A stretch of 64,000 bases of DNA. Origin: Deltaproteobacteria bacterium (lineage in GTDB: Bacteria; Myxococcota_A; Polyangia; Polyangiales; Houyiibacteriaceae). Below are positions 41,401-49,131 of this stretch, piece after piece (position 1 is the first letter of the stretch; each line of letters starts with the position of its first letter). The DNA lies in contig JAXMNT010000042.1 in NCBI GenBank assembly GCA_034670305.1, positions 1 to 64,000 of the forward strand, in the 5' to 3' direction. A program made the translations under genes and the position numbers. The notes under the pieces are model-generated. The model did not search any database, was not told the origin of the DNA, and saw only the letters and a program-made list of their open reading frames with translations.

Positions 41401-42620
41401 GCCTCGAGGTACTTTTCGAACGCGACGTCCGGCTGCCGCAGGCGCTCTTCGTACAGCAGACCGGTCTCGCGCAGCAGCGCCACGCGCTGCTCCGGATCCA
41501 TGTCGTGGCGCAGACGGACTTCGTAGACCGGTGCCAGCTTCCGTGCGTCGTTCGCTTCTTCGTAGATCGGCGAGAGCGCCTCGGCCGCCGCGAGGTTGTC
41601 CTCGTCGACCTCGAGCACCTTCTCGTACGCACGCGCGGCCCGGTCGGCCTTCTCCATGCGTTCGATCCAGAGCTTCGCGGCCCGGAACAAGAGCGCGATC
41701 TTGTCTTCCTGCGAGGTGTCCTTGTCGTCCGCCTCGCGCTCGAGGATCCGGATGAGCTCACTCCACTTCTCGCTCTCGGCGTAGAAGTCCTCCAGGTCGT
41801 CCCATGCCTTGAGCGAGACGTAGCGACGCTTCAGCTGCTCTTGCGCGCGGCGATCGCCAGGGCTGACTTCGAGCAGCTTCTTGAAGGCGCGGACCGCCCC
41901 CGTGTCGTCGCCGATCTTGTCGGCGTAGATCATGCCGAGCTTCTGGAGCGCCTTCGGATCCGGATCCGCGTCGGTCAGGATCTCGAGCACCTGCGCGAGG
42001 GGCTCCCAGTTGCGTGCGCGCTCGTAGAGCTGCGAGAGCGCTTCCAGTGCCTCTGGATGCGTGGGCTCGACCTCGCGAACCTTCTCCCACAACCCGATGC
42101 ACACTTCTGGTTTGCGAATGCGCTTGGTCGCCAGCTCCGCCATCTCGGCGTACCGCAAGGGGCGGTCGGCCGGATCGAGCATCTGGGCTTCGCGCTCCAT
42201 GATGCCGATGAGGCTCTCCCAGTCTCGGCGCTTCTCGTACATCTCCTTGAGGCGCGTGATCGCTTCGACATCGTTCGGGAGGATCTCGATGAGCTGCTCG
42301 AAGCACTTGATGGCCTCGGCCTGGTTGCTCGACCGCTCGATGTACATCGTGCCGGCCTGACGGAAGAGCTCCGCCTTCTCCTCCGGGTCGGTGTGGATGT
42401 CCGCTTTCGCGAGCAAGGTCTTGATGACGTCGGACCAGCGCTTGGCGGATTCGAAGCCCGCAAGCTTCTCGTCCAGCTCCGCGAGCTGTGCTCGGTCGTC
42501 GTCGGTCAACTCACGCGCCGGAGCGGGTGCTTCGGTCTCGCCCCCGTCCTGCGTGGACTCATCCGTGGACTCTTCCGGGGTCTCTTCCGACATCTCGTCC
42601 TCGTGCTCGTTCTCGGACAT
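32478..42620 (-). CDS. Giant cytoplasmic TPR protein, 3380 aa (GltI/AgmK-like)
   Basis: Dozens of 'A...Y..IL..DP....AL..L..LY.....W..L..VL' TPR units; no signal peptide; lies downstream of gltG. Confidence 0.88.
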   Translation of the reverse strand: MSENEHEDEMSEETPEESTDESTQDGGETEAPAPARELTDDDRAQLAELDEKLAGFESAKRWSDVIKTLLAKADIHTDPEEKAELFRQAGTMYIERSSNQAEAIKCFEQLIEILPNDVEAITRLKEMYEKRRDWESLIGIMEREAQMLDPADRPLRYAEMAELATKRIRKPEVCIGLWEKVREVEPTHPEALEALSQLYERARNWEPLAQVLEILTDADPDPKALQKLGMIYADKIGDDTGAVRAFKKLLEVSPGDRRAQEQLKRRYVSLKAWDDLEDFYAESEKWSELIRILEREADDKDTSQEDKIALLFRAAKLWIERMEKADRAARAYEKVLEVDEDNLAAAEALSPIYEEANDARKLAPVYEVRLRHDMDPEQRVALLRETGLLYEERLRQPDVAFEKYLEAFGVMPTQEVVREDVERLAEATSGWDKVVEAFGAAIERAEIEDDEVELRMSLGGVLTKVEKTEEAIAQYKAVYDLRSDHLGAIAKLSELYQQTEAWAPLLEVIDRRMELESDPETRRSIAYQRAHLIEQQLGDPAQAIEAYNSILAEYGDEEIEAFRALDRLFEAQERWAEFAQILERRIDLNPETHEELAALKFRLALALSNHLDDKGRAVDLHREVLTILPEHDGGRAALEELLSDPEVGVRAAEILEPVYEMRGDFEPLIHALRVLHDGSDDPHQRLDLLTKIGEVYGERLDNVDLSFASYAEALREQPSSTDTLARLETIAVGHDRFPQLVSLLGELATDEEQPELRRALWLKAAQVFDTQIEDVDGAVTAYRKILDDDPGDLEVLLALDALFRRTERWTDLVRVLRRRVEQSAEPDQQEELLAQMAAIHDEFLEDPTTAISVHKEILEIDPTSQRALASLDDLFARKEMWAELADNVGRRLELATDDDAQIELMLQLAQLRETRMGATDAAIEIYREVLLREPTNGAALANLERLLQTEQHQLLIAEILEPIYRDSGEVKKLIGVHEIQATNASSPERRVELLHRIAELYEVALDDYPAAFSSYARALAEDPSSVQTQEQLERLTPILGDAESLATTYEEQVEGVEDPMLAATLHVKAAQIREDQLQDHAGAIVHYQKVLVLDEMHIEAATALERLFQLSERYEDLAKIYLTKSKMLSSPDDQKDYLYRAAAIYEELLERPTDAIVVYHQALEIDPEDVTSLDKLIELNLRLENWEKLLEVYTLKADIVVDPEEKKRLYTEVGAVYERELQDNTKAIDSYQRILEIDPDDLTALQRLDALYQATEAWRELLSVLERAADLSGEPGEVISYRYRIADLWHHRLEDPVRAVDIYRDILDVAPDHQPTLDALESMVSAGLEPVAAAGVLEPVYRQLGEWPKLVSVVEVQVAHEQDPIRQVELLHMVSELWEMALDNPAEAFKAQGRALPLDNRHEDTLAALERLGEMTDNWGQVTALYDVEIQRIREENPDDVVDMALRTAQIYEVQVGDVDAAIQRYSIVVEADPGHVQAIEALDRLYEATERWSELAGILEKEIMVAASPDDILQLQFRLGQVHQEHLGQVDQAIERYQEILAAAPEHQPAMSALELLFAEGISPLRIGEILEPLYRMQEAWDRLLNVHEVQLEYQPDVIERVSMMHRISEIAEERASDHQRAFTWMQRALFEDPSHDHTLGEVERLASILDGWPQLAMTYADTLAMPAVTEDAQLAIEQQASIGKRLARVYEEELGDVARAEEALRFVLGVTDTDEEILAGLDRFYVEHGAHAALAEVLRKRIAASDVPQDLVDFHYRLGQVLENELGQTETAIAVYQQVLGDLEPEHGESIKALQEIYTRQGAWPELSAAFEKELDVVFGDTNQAHILAKMAHLAADQLGDFDRAIELWRRVLDLRGEDPEALNALGSIYARREQWPELVEVLEREVSIAEDDSFRVAVYADLGRIWYEKLQRERNALDSWENVLGIDPGNTFALFHIAEIHRAGNQQHELVDTLHRIIEVGAATLEDAQLEGVYMQLGHLYATQLEQPADAVDAFEHAVELNPRNFQAIDALEHIHREQSNWEDAIGVMEKRVIAYEAPDDKITQLLTIAQSWATQVENPDGGTSAYQRILELDGNHEFAFQELEKLHDAAQRWEDLIDMYVVKVEESEDLEESVRLLGKVAKVYEDKLDDNDQAFDALQVAWSLDYADEKTLTELTRVTRLANRWNELLTAANEALAEAEDQETKITLCLQCAKWYGQELDHPDYALPYYQQVQAVDPGNVHLMVSMAELYEKTQQWDALASMYGQIVQTTDDRKIQAETYVKMGRLSAGHLNIPDQAPGYYEKALEVDAANVDAIEELEVIYGQRGQWQRLLEILGAKVDAVSEPAEVVASKLKLAEVYEDRTQDVDRAIQVYQDVRTIEEFNLPALKGLERLYARSERWQELLGVLEVQFEVVRSEKERIGILTQLAGMWEEEFVKPDKAAERLEQVLEIDPLHVGSLGGLARLYRTMQKWEQLIDTYDRHINATPDRAEKVRIFKALGETYNRDLDDADRAVDAYLNVLSIDDQDIEALDALTRIYDKRGDHASALEMMEQLARLVQEPTQQVDLLFRSGRILDQELGDRISALDKYQMALDLDPGHVQSIQAMRAIQIDSGDWLAAAKLFEQEASYQESPRVVAGLLVDLGRLYDEHLDEPEKAIQVWEAALKQDGDNEDAALPLVDHYTKHDRNDEAFPLLEMLVKRMGKREPDEQHRLAFLLGETSMKLEKTEDAIKAYEKAYQVDSTHLPTLLGVAASHYAAAEWGKAFKFYQMLLVHHRDSLGGDEITDTFFRLGVIKREQGERRKALNMFDKALEEDPHHRQTLEAVVGLYEGQQEWQQVIHFKKQILETVDDVDERFELLHEIGILWKDKVQNPAKAIESWCEASDLKPDEHRILHKLLGAYQETRQWEKAIEIIEQVSALDDRDKVKAKYAYTVAVITRDELKDSDLALQKFNASLDLDPDQLKAFEAINKILNAKKDWKALERAYRKMIHRIIGLEGRVDLKFNLFYTLGIIYRDRQENFEAAAEAFKTAASLKPDDPQQHQILAELFTAMPDKVADAISEHQWLLKHDPYRVDSYRALYKLYFDARAYDKAWCLAATLTFLQKADNEQQQFFTQYRTQGPIRPRGRVERNLWFNELFHPDENRYLSKIFELMAPALLAVKGASDKALNLHRLKPVDTATSTVTFARTFGFVQQVLNIPTQPRLYLQQQSPGGLAHLAGSNPPAVISGSTLLSGYSPQDLMFVISRFLCYYLTEHFVRTLFNSHTELRMLLLAALRMTGQGPADPQVDQWVAQLAPHMTPAQLDGLRAVCRKFIEDQGGRADIKRWMQTVELTGVRAGFLVCNDLDVARRMINALPPEGSADLPPNEKVKELVLFSVSESYFKLREALGIQIQV

Positions 42621-42777
42621 TCTCTACTGACTCCCTTTGCTCACTCGACGAACCGCCGGACGGCCAACCGCCACGACGCCATGATTCTTTGCTTCTTCGA
42701 CCCGACGCGTCGACGCACGCGCGGACGCGTGCGCCGAAAGATTCTTCCACTCGTTGTCGCTACACGCGCAACCCACG

Positions 42778-43647
42778 TCAGTTGACCGAGAGCTCTCCGA
42801 GCCGGTCCTGTGCTGCTTTGACGTAGTGGGCGGGCGCATCGCGTCCGGCCACATCGACGAACTTCTTCAGGTAGCGGCGCGCCTCTTCGCGGTTGTCCAC
42901 GAGCGAGTACGTCCAGCCGAGCGAGAAGAGCGCATCGCGCATGCCCGGGACGATCTCGAGCGCCGCACGGAAGTGTTCGATCGCCTGATCGAAGCTCCGC
43001 TGCTGCTGGTAGACCGTGCCGAGAAGGTGGTGAAGGTTCGCCTCCTCTTCGGTGCCGTGCATGGAGACTTCGAGTCCGCTGCTGAGCACCTGGGCCGACT
43101 CGTCGAGGTACCCGAGGTCGGCGTACAGACGACCGAGCGCGGAGTAGGCTTCGAGGAAGCGAGGACCACGCTGAATGGCTTCGGTGTAGCGCTGCAAGGC
43201 GCCCTGCCGATCGTCGAGCTCCTCGAGGACCTGGGCGAGTTTGAAGTACGCCTTGAAGAGATCCGGATCGAGTTCGATCGACTTCTCGAACGCTTCCTTC
43301 GCGCCGGCCCAGTCTTCGAGCTGGATGAGGACCGTGCCAAGCTTCTCGTGGAAGCCAGCGACCTCGCCGTTCGCCGCGATGGCTTGTGCGAGATCATCCT
43401 TCGCGCGCTCGAACGAACGCAGCTCGATGTGGACGAGCGCGAGGTTGTAGTACGCCTGGTCGTTCGTGGAATCGATCGCGGTCGCGCGCTCGAGACTCTT
43501 GACCGCATCGACGAAACGTTTCGCCTGTGCGTACTGAACGCCCTCGTTCATCTGGTTGACGGATTCGACCCGCGCTCGGGAGCAGTTCCCGGCGGTCAAA
43601 AGGGCCATGGCTGTGAGGCCAAAGAGCAGGCTCGATGCGCGCTTCAT
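42778..43647 (-). CDS. TPR-repeat exported protein/lipoprotein
   Basis: Signal ending LLTAGNC; about 7 canonical TPR repeats. Confidence 0.85.
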   Translation of the reverse strand: MKRASSLLFGLTAMALLTAGNCSRARVESVNQMNEGVQYAQAKRFVDAVKSLERATAIDSTNDQAYYNLALVHIELRSFERAKDDLAQAIAANGEVAGFHEKLGTVLIQLEDWAGAKEAFEKSIELDPDLFKAYFKLAQVLEELDDRQGALQRYTEAIQRGPRFLEAYSALGRLYADLGYLDESAQVLSSGLEVSMHGTEEEANLHHLLGTVYQQQRSFDQAIEHFRAALEIVPGMRDALFSLGWTYSLVDNREEARRYLKKFVDVAGRDAPAHYVKAAQDRLGELSVN

Positions 43648-43876
43648 CACTTCCCGTTTCGGAAGACGTTCGTCGTTCTTGGTGGGTCGGGAACGGGCAA
43701 CGCGTGGCTCACTCGAGACCCACGTAGACCCTATCCCCACTGCGCACCCGTTGGCGTGCAGCGCGCCGATACTACGGGACTTTCCGGTCGATCCTCAACA
43801 CTCAAAATGCTTCTTCGCGATCCATCTTCGCGCGGGCGGGATCGAGCGATGGAGTTGGGTCGCTTGCCCCTGCGAA

Positions 43877-44180
43877 CCGTGTCCGTGCCCATGTCCGTGC
43901 CCGTGCCCGTGCCCGTGTCCGTGTCCGTGTCCGTGTCCGTGTCCGTGTCCGTGTCCGTGCCCGTGTCCGTGCCCGTGCCCGTAGCCGATCCCGAAGCCGA
44001 TCCCGAAGCCGATCCCGAAGCCGAGGCCGATCCCGAAGCCGAATCCGATCCCGAAGCCGACCCCGAAGCCGAAGCCGACCCCGAAGCCGACCCCGAAGCC
44101 GAAGCCGACCCCGAAGCCCAGCCCGCCAACGCTGAGCCCGCCAACGCCGAAGCCGACCGAAGCCGAAGCCGACCCCGAAA
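43877..44180. repeat. Compound hexamer array: (CCGTG[T/C])n then ([G/C]CCGA[A/T/C])n
   Basis: 43877-43982 CCGTGT/CCGTGC units; 43983-44180 GCCGA/CCCGA units (TCGGC/TCGGG on the minus strand). Confidence 0.95.
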
Positions 44181-44197
44181 CCGATCGCCAAAGACGC

Positions 44198-44233
44198 AAA
44201 AAAGGCCACGCTGGGTTGCAGCGTGGCCTCTTT
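44198..44233 (-). terminator. Intrinsic terminator after gltG
   Basis: aggccacgctg-ggttg-cagcgtggcct stem; A-run at 44198-44203 gives the U-tract on the minus strand. Confidence 0.85.
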
Positions 44234-44251
44234 CAAACGGGTGGGCTGAGG

Positions 44252-46267
44252 TCAGCCGCCTCCGCCCTGGCTCTGGAGCACGAACGGGTAGTTGACGATG
44301 ACGATGCCGCCGCCGTCCGGTGCCGGGAAGGTCCAGCGCTGCACGGCTTGGCTGATGCAGCCTTCGACGCGGGCGTTGTTGAGCGTGGTCGCCTGGGTCA
44401 TCGCGGTCTGGACCGAGCCCGTCGGCGAGATGATGAAGCGGACCGTGACGCGACCGGCGAGGTCGGGACGGGCGTTCAGTTCCTGCTCGTAGCAGAACTT
44501 CACTTCGTTGATGTGGCGTCGGATGACGCGGCGAATGACTTCCTTCGAGAGGCTTCCGCGAACTTCGGCGTGGCCGGCTCGAATCTGGGGGACACGGGCC
44601 GAGCGGCCGCGGAATCCACCAGCGCCACGGCCGTAGCCGTTTCCGTCGCCGCCACCGCCACCGTGACCGATTGTGCCGAGGTTGCCGAGGCCGATGGTGC
44701 CTTCGCCGGTGCCGCCGCCCCCGCGACCGGTGCCGCGCAGACCGAGACCACCGAAGCCGAAGTTCTCACCGATTTGGTCGCCCATGAGGGCACCGAGTGC
44801 GCTCATCGGGTCGGCGCCGAGCGCGGACTCACGACCGAAAGGAGAGGTCGGCGAGTTCCATGCGCCGGTCATCGCGCGAAGGGTGCCGAGGACACCGGCG
44901 TTTCGCGCCATCTCCCGGGCTTCTTCGCGGGCCATGTGCGGGTCCTGGTTGTCCTGCGGACCTTCAATCGCGTAGCGGTTGTTGGTCTTCTTGGACTCCT
45001 TCTTGCCCATGGCGCCTTCTTCGCCCTTGTGGCGCTTGCCCTTGCCGCCCTCGTCGTCCTGCTGGTCGCTCTCGTCCAGCCACTCGGGCGTCTCTTCTTC
45101 CTCGGTCGCCGGCGGCTCCATGAGGTACTTCACGAGCCGCGAGTCGGTGTTGAGGAGGTCGAGGTTGAGGCCACCACCGGCGGGCGGCACGAAGTACATC
45201 AGGGTCAGCAGAAGTCCGAACACCGTCATCGAGCCGAGCACGTAGGACAGGGGCTGCCAGTCCACGCTCATGCCGCCGGCGATCTTCTTGCCTGCGTTGA
45301 CCTGCTTGCTGACGAAGGTGAAGCCGTTGTGCTCCACCTTGCAGCTCGCGCCCTGGGGCAGCGGGTACATCTCGGCGCCCGGGGCTTCGGGGCAGGGCTG
45401 GAGTTTGCCACCGGCCCGGAGGTCCGCGATGGTCATCACCTGGTCTTGGACCCGGACTTCGCCGGTGGCACCCGCGGGAATCACCGCAGCTGCACCGATG
45501 CCCGCGCTCACGACGATGGGAAGTCGGCTCGAGCCAAGCGTCTCGGAGGCGACGAGGAAGTCGACATCCTTGCCGGCCGTATCCACGCCTTCACCCACGT
45601 AGAACGGGCGGAAGGGCGTGAGGTGCTCGACGTGAAGGACCTGCTTGTCGCCCCACATGACCACGACTTCGACGGCCTGCTCACCGGTCTCGACCTCGTC
45701 CGGCTGAACCGGCGGGCCCGACGCAACGATGCCGTAGGTGATCTGCTCGGGGTCCACGTTGCCGTGTTCGTCGAGCGCGTCTTCGACCGGACCCGAGGGC
45801 ATCGCGGGAGGCGGTGCCGCGAAGGGGTTCGGAAGAGCCGAAGCGGCCGCCGCGGGCGGAGGAGCCGCGAACGGGTTCGGAACCGACGGGGGCGGAGGTG
45901 CGGCAGCCGCAGCCGCGGCGGGTGCATCCGCGACGACGGTCGCGTCGTCGGTGGCACCGGCGGTGCCGATTTCGACCACGACGCGGGTGTCGCCGAGAAC
46001 GATCTCATCGCCGTTCTGCAACTTGCACTTGTTGACCTTCTTGCCGTTGACGACCGTCCCCGACGCCGACCCGAGGTCGATGATGAAGATGTCGTCCGGC
46101 CCGGTCACCTCGATGACGGCGTGCATGCGGGAGACGTTGTCGTCCTCGATGCGCAGGTGACTCGAGGGAAGCTTGCCGACCTTGATGATGTCTTGGGTCA
46201 GCTCTTCCGTTCGAATCAACTCGTCGCCCGAGTAGATCTGGAACGTCATCGGAATCTTCGTACTCAC
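44252..46267 (-). CDS. gltG: GltG/PglI-like gliding protein (FHA - Pro/Ala linker - TM - TonB-C-like AgmX/PglI domain)
   Basis: N-terminal FHA (VGK..VSRMHA..DLGSASGTVVNG), one TM, Gly-rich periplasmic region, GSLSKEVIRRVIRRH..CYE..WTFPAP..VNYPF; GGAGG RBS. Confidence 0.88.
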   Translation of the reverse strand: MSTKIPMTFQIYSGDELIRTEELTQDIIKVGKLPSSHLRIEDDNVSRMHAVIEVTGPDDIFIIDLGSASGTVVNGKKVNKCKLQNGDEIVLGDTRVVVEIGTAGATDDATVVADAPAAAAAAAPPPPSVPNPFAAPPPAAAASALPNPFAAPPPAMPSGPVEDALDEHGNVDPEQITYGIVASGPPVQPDEVETGEQAVEVVVMWGDKQVLHVEHLTPFRPFYVGEGVDTAGKDVDFLVASETLGSSRLPIVVSAGIGAAAVIPAGATGEVRVQDQVMTIADLRAGGKLQPCPEAPGAEMYPLPQGASCKVEHNGFTFVSKQVNAGKKIAGGMSVDWQPLSYVLGSMTVFGLLLTLMYFVPPAGGGLNLDLLNTDSRLVKYLMEPPATEEEETPEWLDESDQQDDEGGKGKRHKGEEGAMGKKESKKTNNRYAIEGPQDNQDPHMAREEAREMARNAGVLGTLRAMTGAWNSPTSPFGRESALGADPMSALGALMGDQIGENFGFGGLGLRGTGRGGGGTGEGTIGLGNLGTIGHGGGGGDGNGYGRGAGGFRGRSARVPQIRAGHAEVRGSLSKEVIRRVIRRHINEVKFCYEQELNARPDLAGRVTVRFIISPTGSVQTAMTQATTLNNARVEGCISQAVQRWTFPAPDGGGIVIVNYPFVLQSQGGGG

Positions 46268-46342
46268 CTTGGCCTCCTGGGGTGCGCCGTGCCTGCTCGG
46301 CCCGACGACTTTCTTCGCGTGTTCGCTTGCAACAGATGCGGT

Positions 46343-46591
46343 TTAGAGGTCTTCGACCGATTTCAGCATCTCGGGCACGAAGTGCTCGCGGATGCGAATG
46401 AGCGACGCGCGGCGGCCGCGACGGCGAACATTCAAGAGCTCTCCGTCCGGTCGGACGAGATCACCTGAGACCAGATCGTCGTCGAAGTCGTACGTGGTTG
46501 CGTCGTCATCCTGTGCCGACGCTGCCGCCGGTACACCCAACATCACCGCGCCAAGCAGCGCAACCATCGCCCAAAGTCCGATTCTCTTCAC
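46343..46591 (-). CDS. gltF: GltF/CglF-like small secreted protein
   Basis: Signal peptide then YDFDDDLVSGDLVRPDG..SLIRIREHFVPEMLKSVEDL; located between gltE and gltG; GGAGG RBS. Confidence 0.82.
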   Translation of the reverse strand: MKRIGLWAMVALLGAVMLGVPAAASAQDDDATTYDFDDDLVSGDLVRPDGELLNVRRRGRRASLIRIREHFVPEMLKSVEDL

Positions 46592-46892
46592 CACAACCTC
46601 CATCGCAATCACGCGAATGCCGCCGAAACTCCCACGACGTGGGATGGGCCTCGGAGCCGGCGCACTGTATCGCGCGCGGGTTTTCGAGGTCAATGCCCGC
46701 GATGCTGTCTTCGCAGGAGTTTTGAACGGAATCAGCTTCATTGCGACTGGGAGGTCCGACACCAGGTTCGCGAAAAGGTTCCCGTCCGGCGCGCGGAAGG
46801 GGCGATGTTGGGGCTGGCAGGTTCGCGCGACCAACCGCTCTCCGCAGATCTGGCTGCAATCCGCGGGTTCGTGGCTTGGCCGGTGGCGTGAG

Positions 46893-47645
<753 letters not shown>

Positions 47646-47667
47646 CTTCTAGAAGGTGCCTGTTGGC

Positions 47668-49131
47668 TTATTCGGCCGGGGGCTGTTGCTGTTGCTGTTG
47701 GCGCTGCTGCGCCTCGGCTTCGCGTTGCATCGCTTCGGCTTCGGCCTGCATGGCCTGGCCTTCGCGGAGCGCTGCGATCGTGATGTCGATGACCTGGTTG
47801 CGGCCGGGGCGGCAGTCGCCGACCCACTGCGAGGTGTTGCGACGGGCGCGGGCTCGACGCGAGGACGACTGACGACGTTCGCGGCAGCTGCGGGTCACCA
47901 GTTCCACCGTCTCGGCGTACTGCGGGCGGTTGCCTGCTTTGCCGACGAACGCGGTGAAGAACGACTTGGCCCGGTTGAGGTTGGCGATGGTTTCGTCCAT
48001 CGACGAACCGCCCAAGTAGTTGTGGTAGAGCACGCCCAGGTTGAAGTGCGCTTCGGGGCGGTTGCCGTCGATCGCCATCGCCCGTTCGTACTCGGCCTGC
48101 GCCTGCGGGAAACGCTGCAGACCACGAAGGGCTGCACCGAGTCCGAGGTGGGCTTCGTAGTCGTTCGGTCGAAGCTCGACCGCCTTCGCGAAGCTGGCCC
48201 GGGCATCTTCGTAGCCGCGGAACGAGATCGTGACGGCGCCGAAGTTCATCTGGGCTTCGAACATCGACTCGTCGAGCTGGATGGCCCGCTCGAAGTACCG
48301 AAGCGCTTCGATGACGTCGCCCTTCTCGATCTTCACCAGGCCCCACGTGTTGTAGATGGGGGCGTAGTTGCGGTTGATGAGCTGCGCCTGGCGACAGACG
48401 ACCTCGGCGAGGTCGAGCGCAGCCGCGCCGCCCTCCCCCTTGCCGCGCTGGTAGTGCAGCAAGGCCATCTGGTTGAACGCCGGGAGGTAGTCGGACTCGA
48501 TGGCGAGCGCGCGACGCAGGTTGCGAAGCGCTTCGGTCACCTGGGCACCGCCCGCTTCACGCTGCGTGATCGCGAGGTTCACGTAGCCGCTCGTGCACTG
48601 CGGATCCTCGCGGATCGAGCGCTGGAACGCCTGTTGCGCGGGACCGCGGTTGCCCGCGGCCTGATCGAGCAGACCGAGCGCGACGCGCGCCTTGCAGAGC
48701 GGACCGTTGCCGGGCGGGTTGCCCTCTTGGCCACGGCGCGCCTCTTCGGCCACCTGCAGTGCGCGGGTGTAGTGCCCGCGCGCGGCCGAGGTGTCGCCAC
48801 AGTCTTCCGCGACGAGCCCCGACATGTAGATGGCTTCGGCGAAGTTGCCCTGCGCGTCGACCGCTTCTTCGAAGGCCGCCCGCGTCGCGGAACAGCGCTG
48901 CTCGTTCCAGCCCGCTTCCGCGTTCTGGACGTACAGACGTTGCGCCGCGAGCCAGTGGTTGTGCGCTTCGACGCTCACGGCGCCGGCCGCACCGGCGATG
49001 ACTTCGCCACCCTCGGTGCGTGCGGCGTTCTCGTCGTCGACCTCGTCGCCGCCGCCGCCGCCACCGCACCCGAGTGCGATGGCCGTGAGCAAGGAGAGTC
49101 CGTGTCGGTATTGGAACTTGTGCATGTTCAT
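47668..49131 (-). CDS. gltE: GltE/AglT-like TPR lipoprotein
   Basis: Lipobox IALGC; TPRs; ATGA overlap with the gltD stop; position in the gltD-E-F-G order. Confidence 0.82.
   Translation of the reverse strand: MNMHKFQYRHGLSLLTAIALGCGGGGGGDEVDDENAARTEGGEVIAGAAGAVSVEAHNHWLAAQRLYVQNAEAGWNEQRCSATRAAFEEAVDAQGNFAEAIYMSGLVAEDCGDTSAARGHYTRALQVAEEARRGQEGNPPGNGPLCKARVALGLLDQAAGNRGPAQQAFQRSIREDPQCTSGYVNLAITQREAGGAQVTEALRNLRRALAIESDYLPAFNQMALLHYQRGKGEGGAAALDLAEVVCRQAQLINRNYAPIYNTWGLVKIEKGDVIEALRYFERAIQLDESMFEAQMNFGAVTISFRGYEDARASFAKAVELRPNDYEAHLGLGAALRGLQRFPQAQAEYERAMAIDGNRPEAHFNLGVLYHNYLGGSSMDETIANLNRAKSFFTAFVGKAGNRPQYAETVELVTRSCRERRQSSSRRARARRNTSQWVGDCRPGRNQVIDITIAALREGQAMQAEAEAMQREAEAQQRQQQQQQPPAE

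Noticed and set aside
34341-42785. 2814-aa plus-strand ORF and other long antisense ORFs (16905-20597, 44216-46468, 49479-51683)
   Set aside because: Antisense shadows of well-supported genes, caused by high-GC codon bias.
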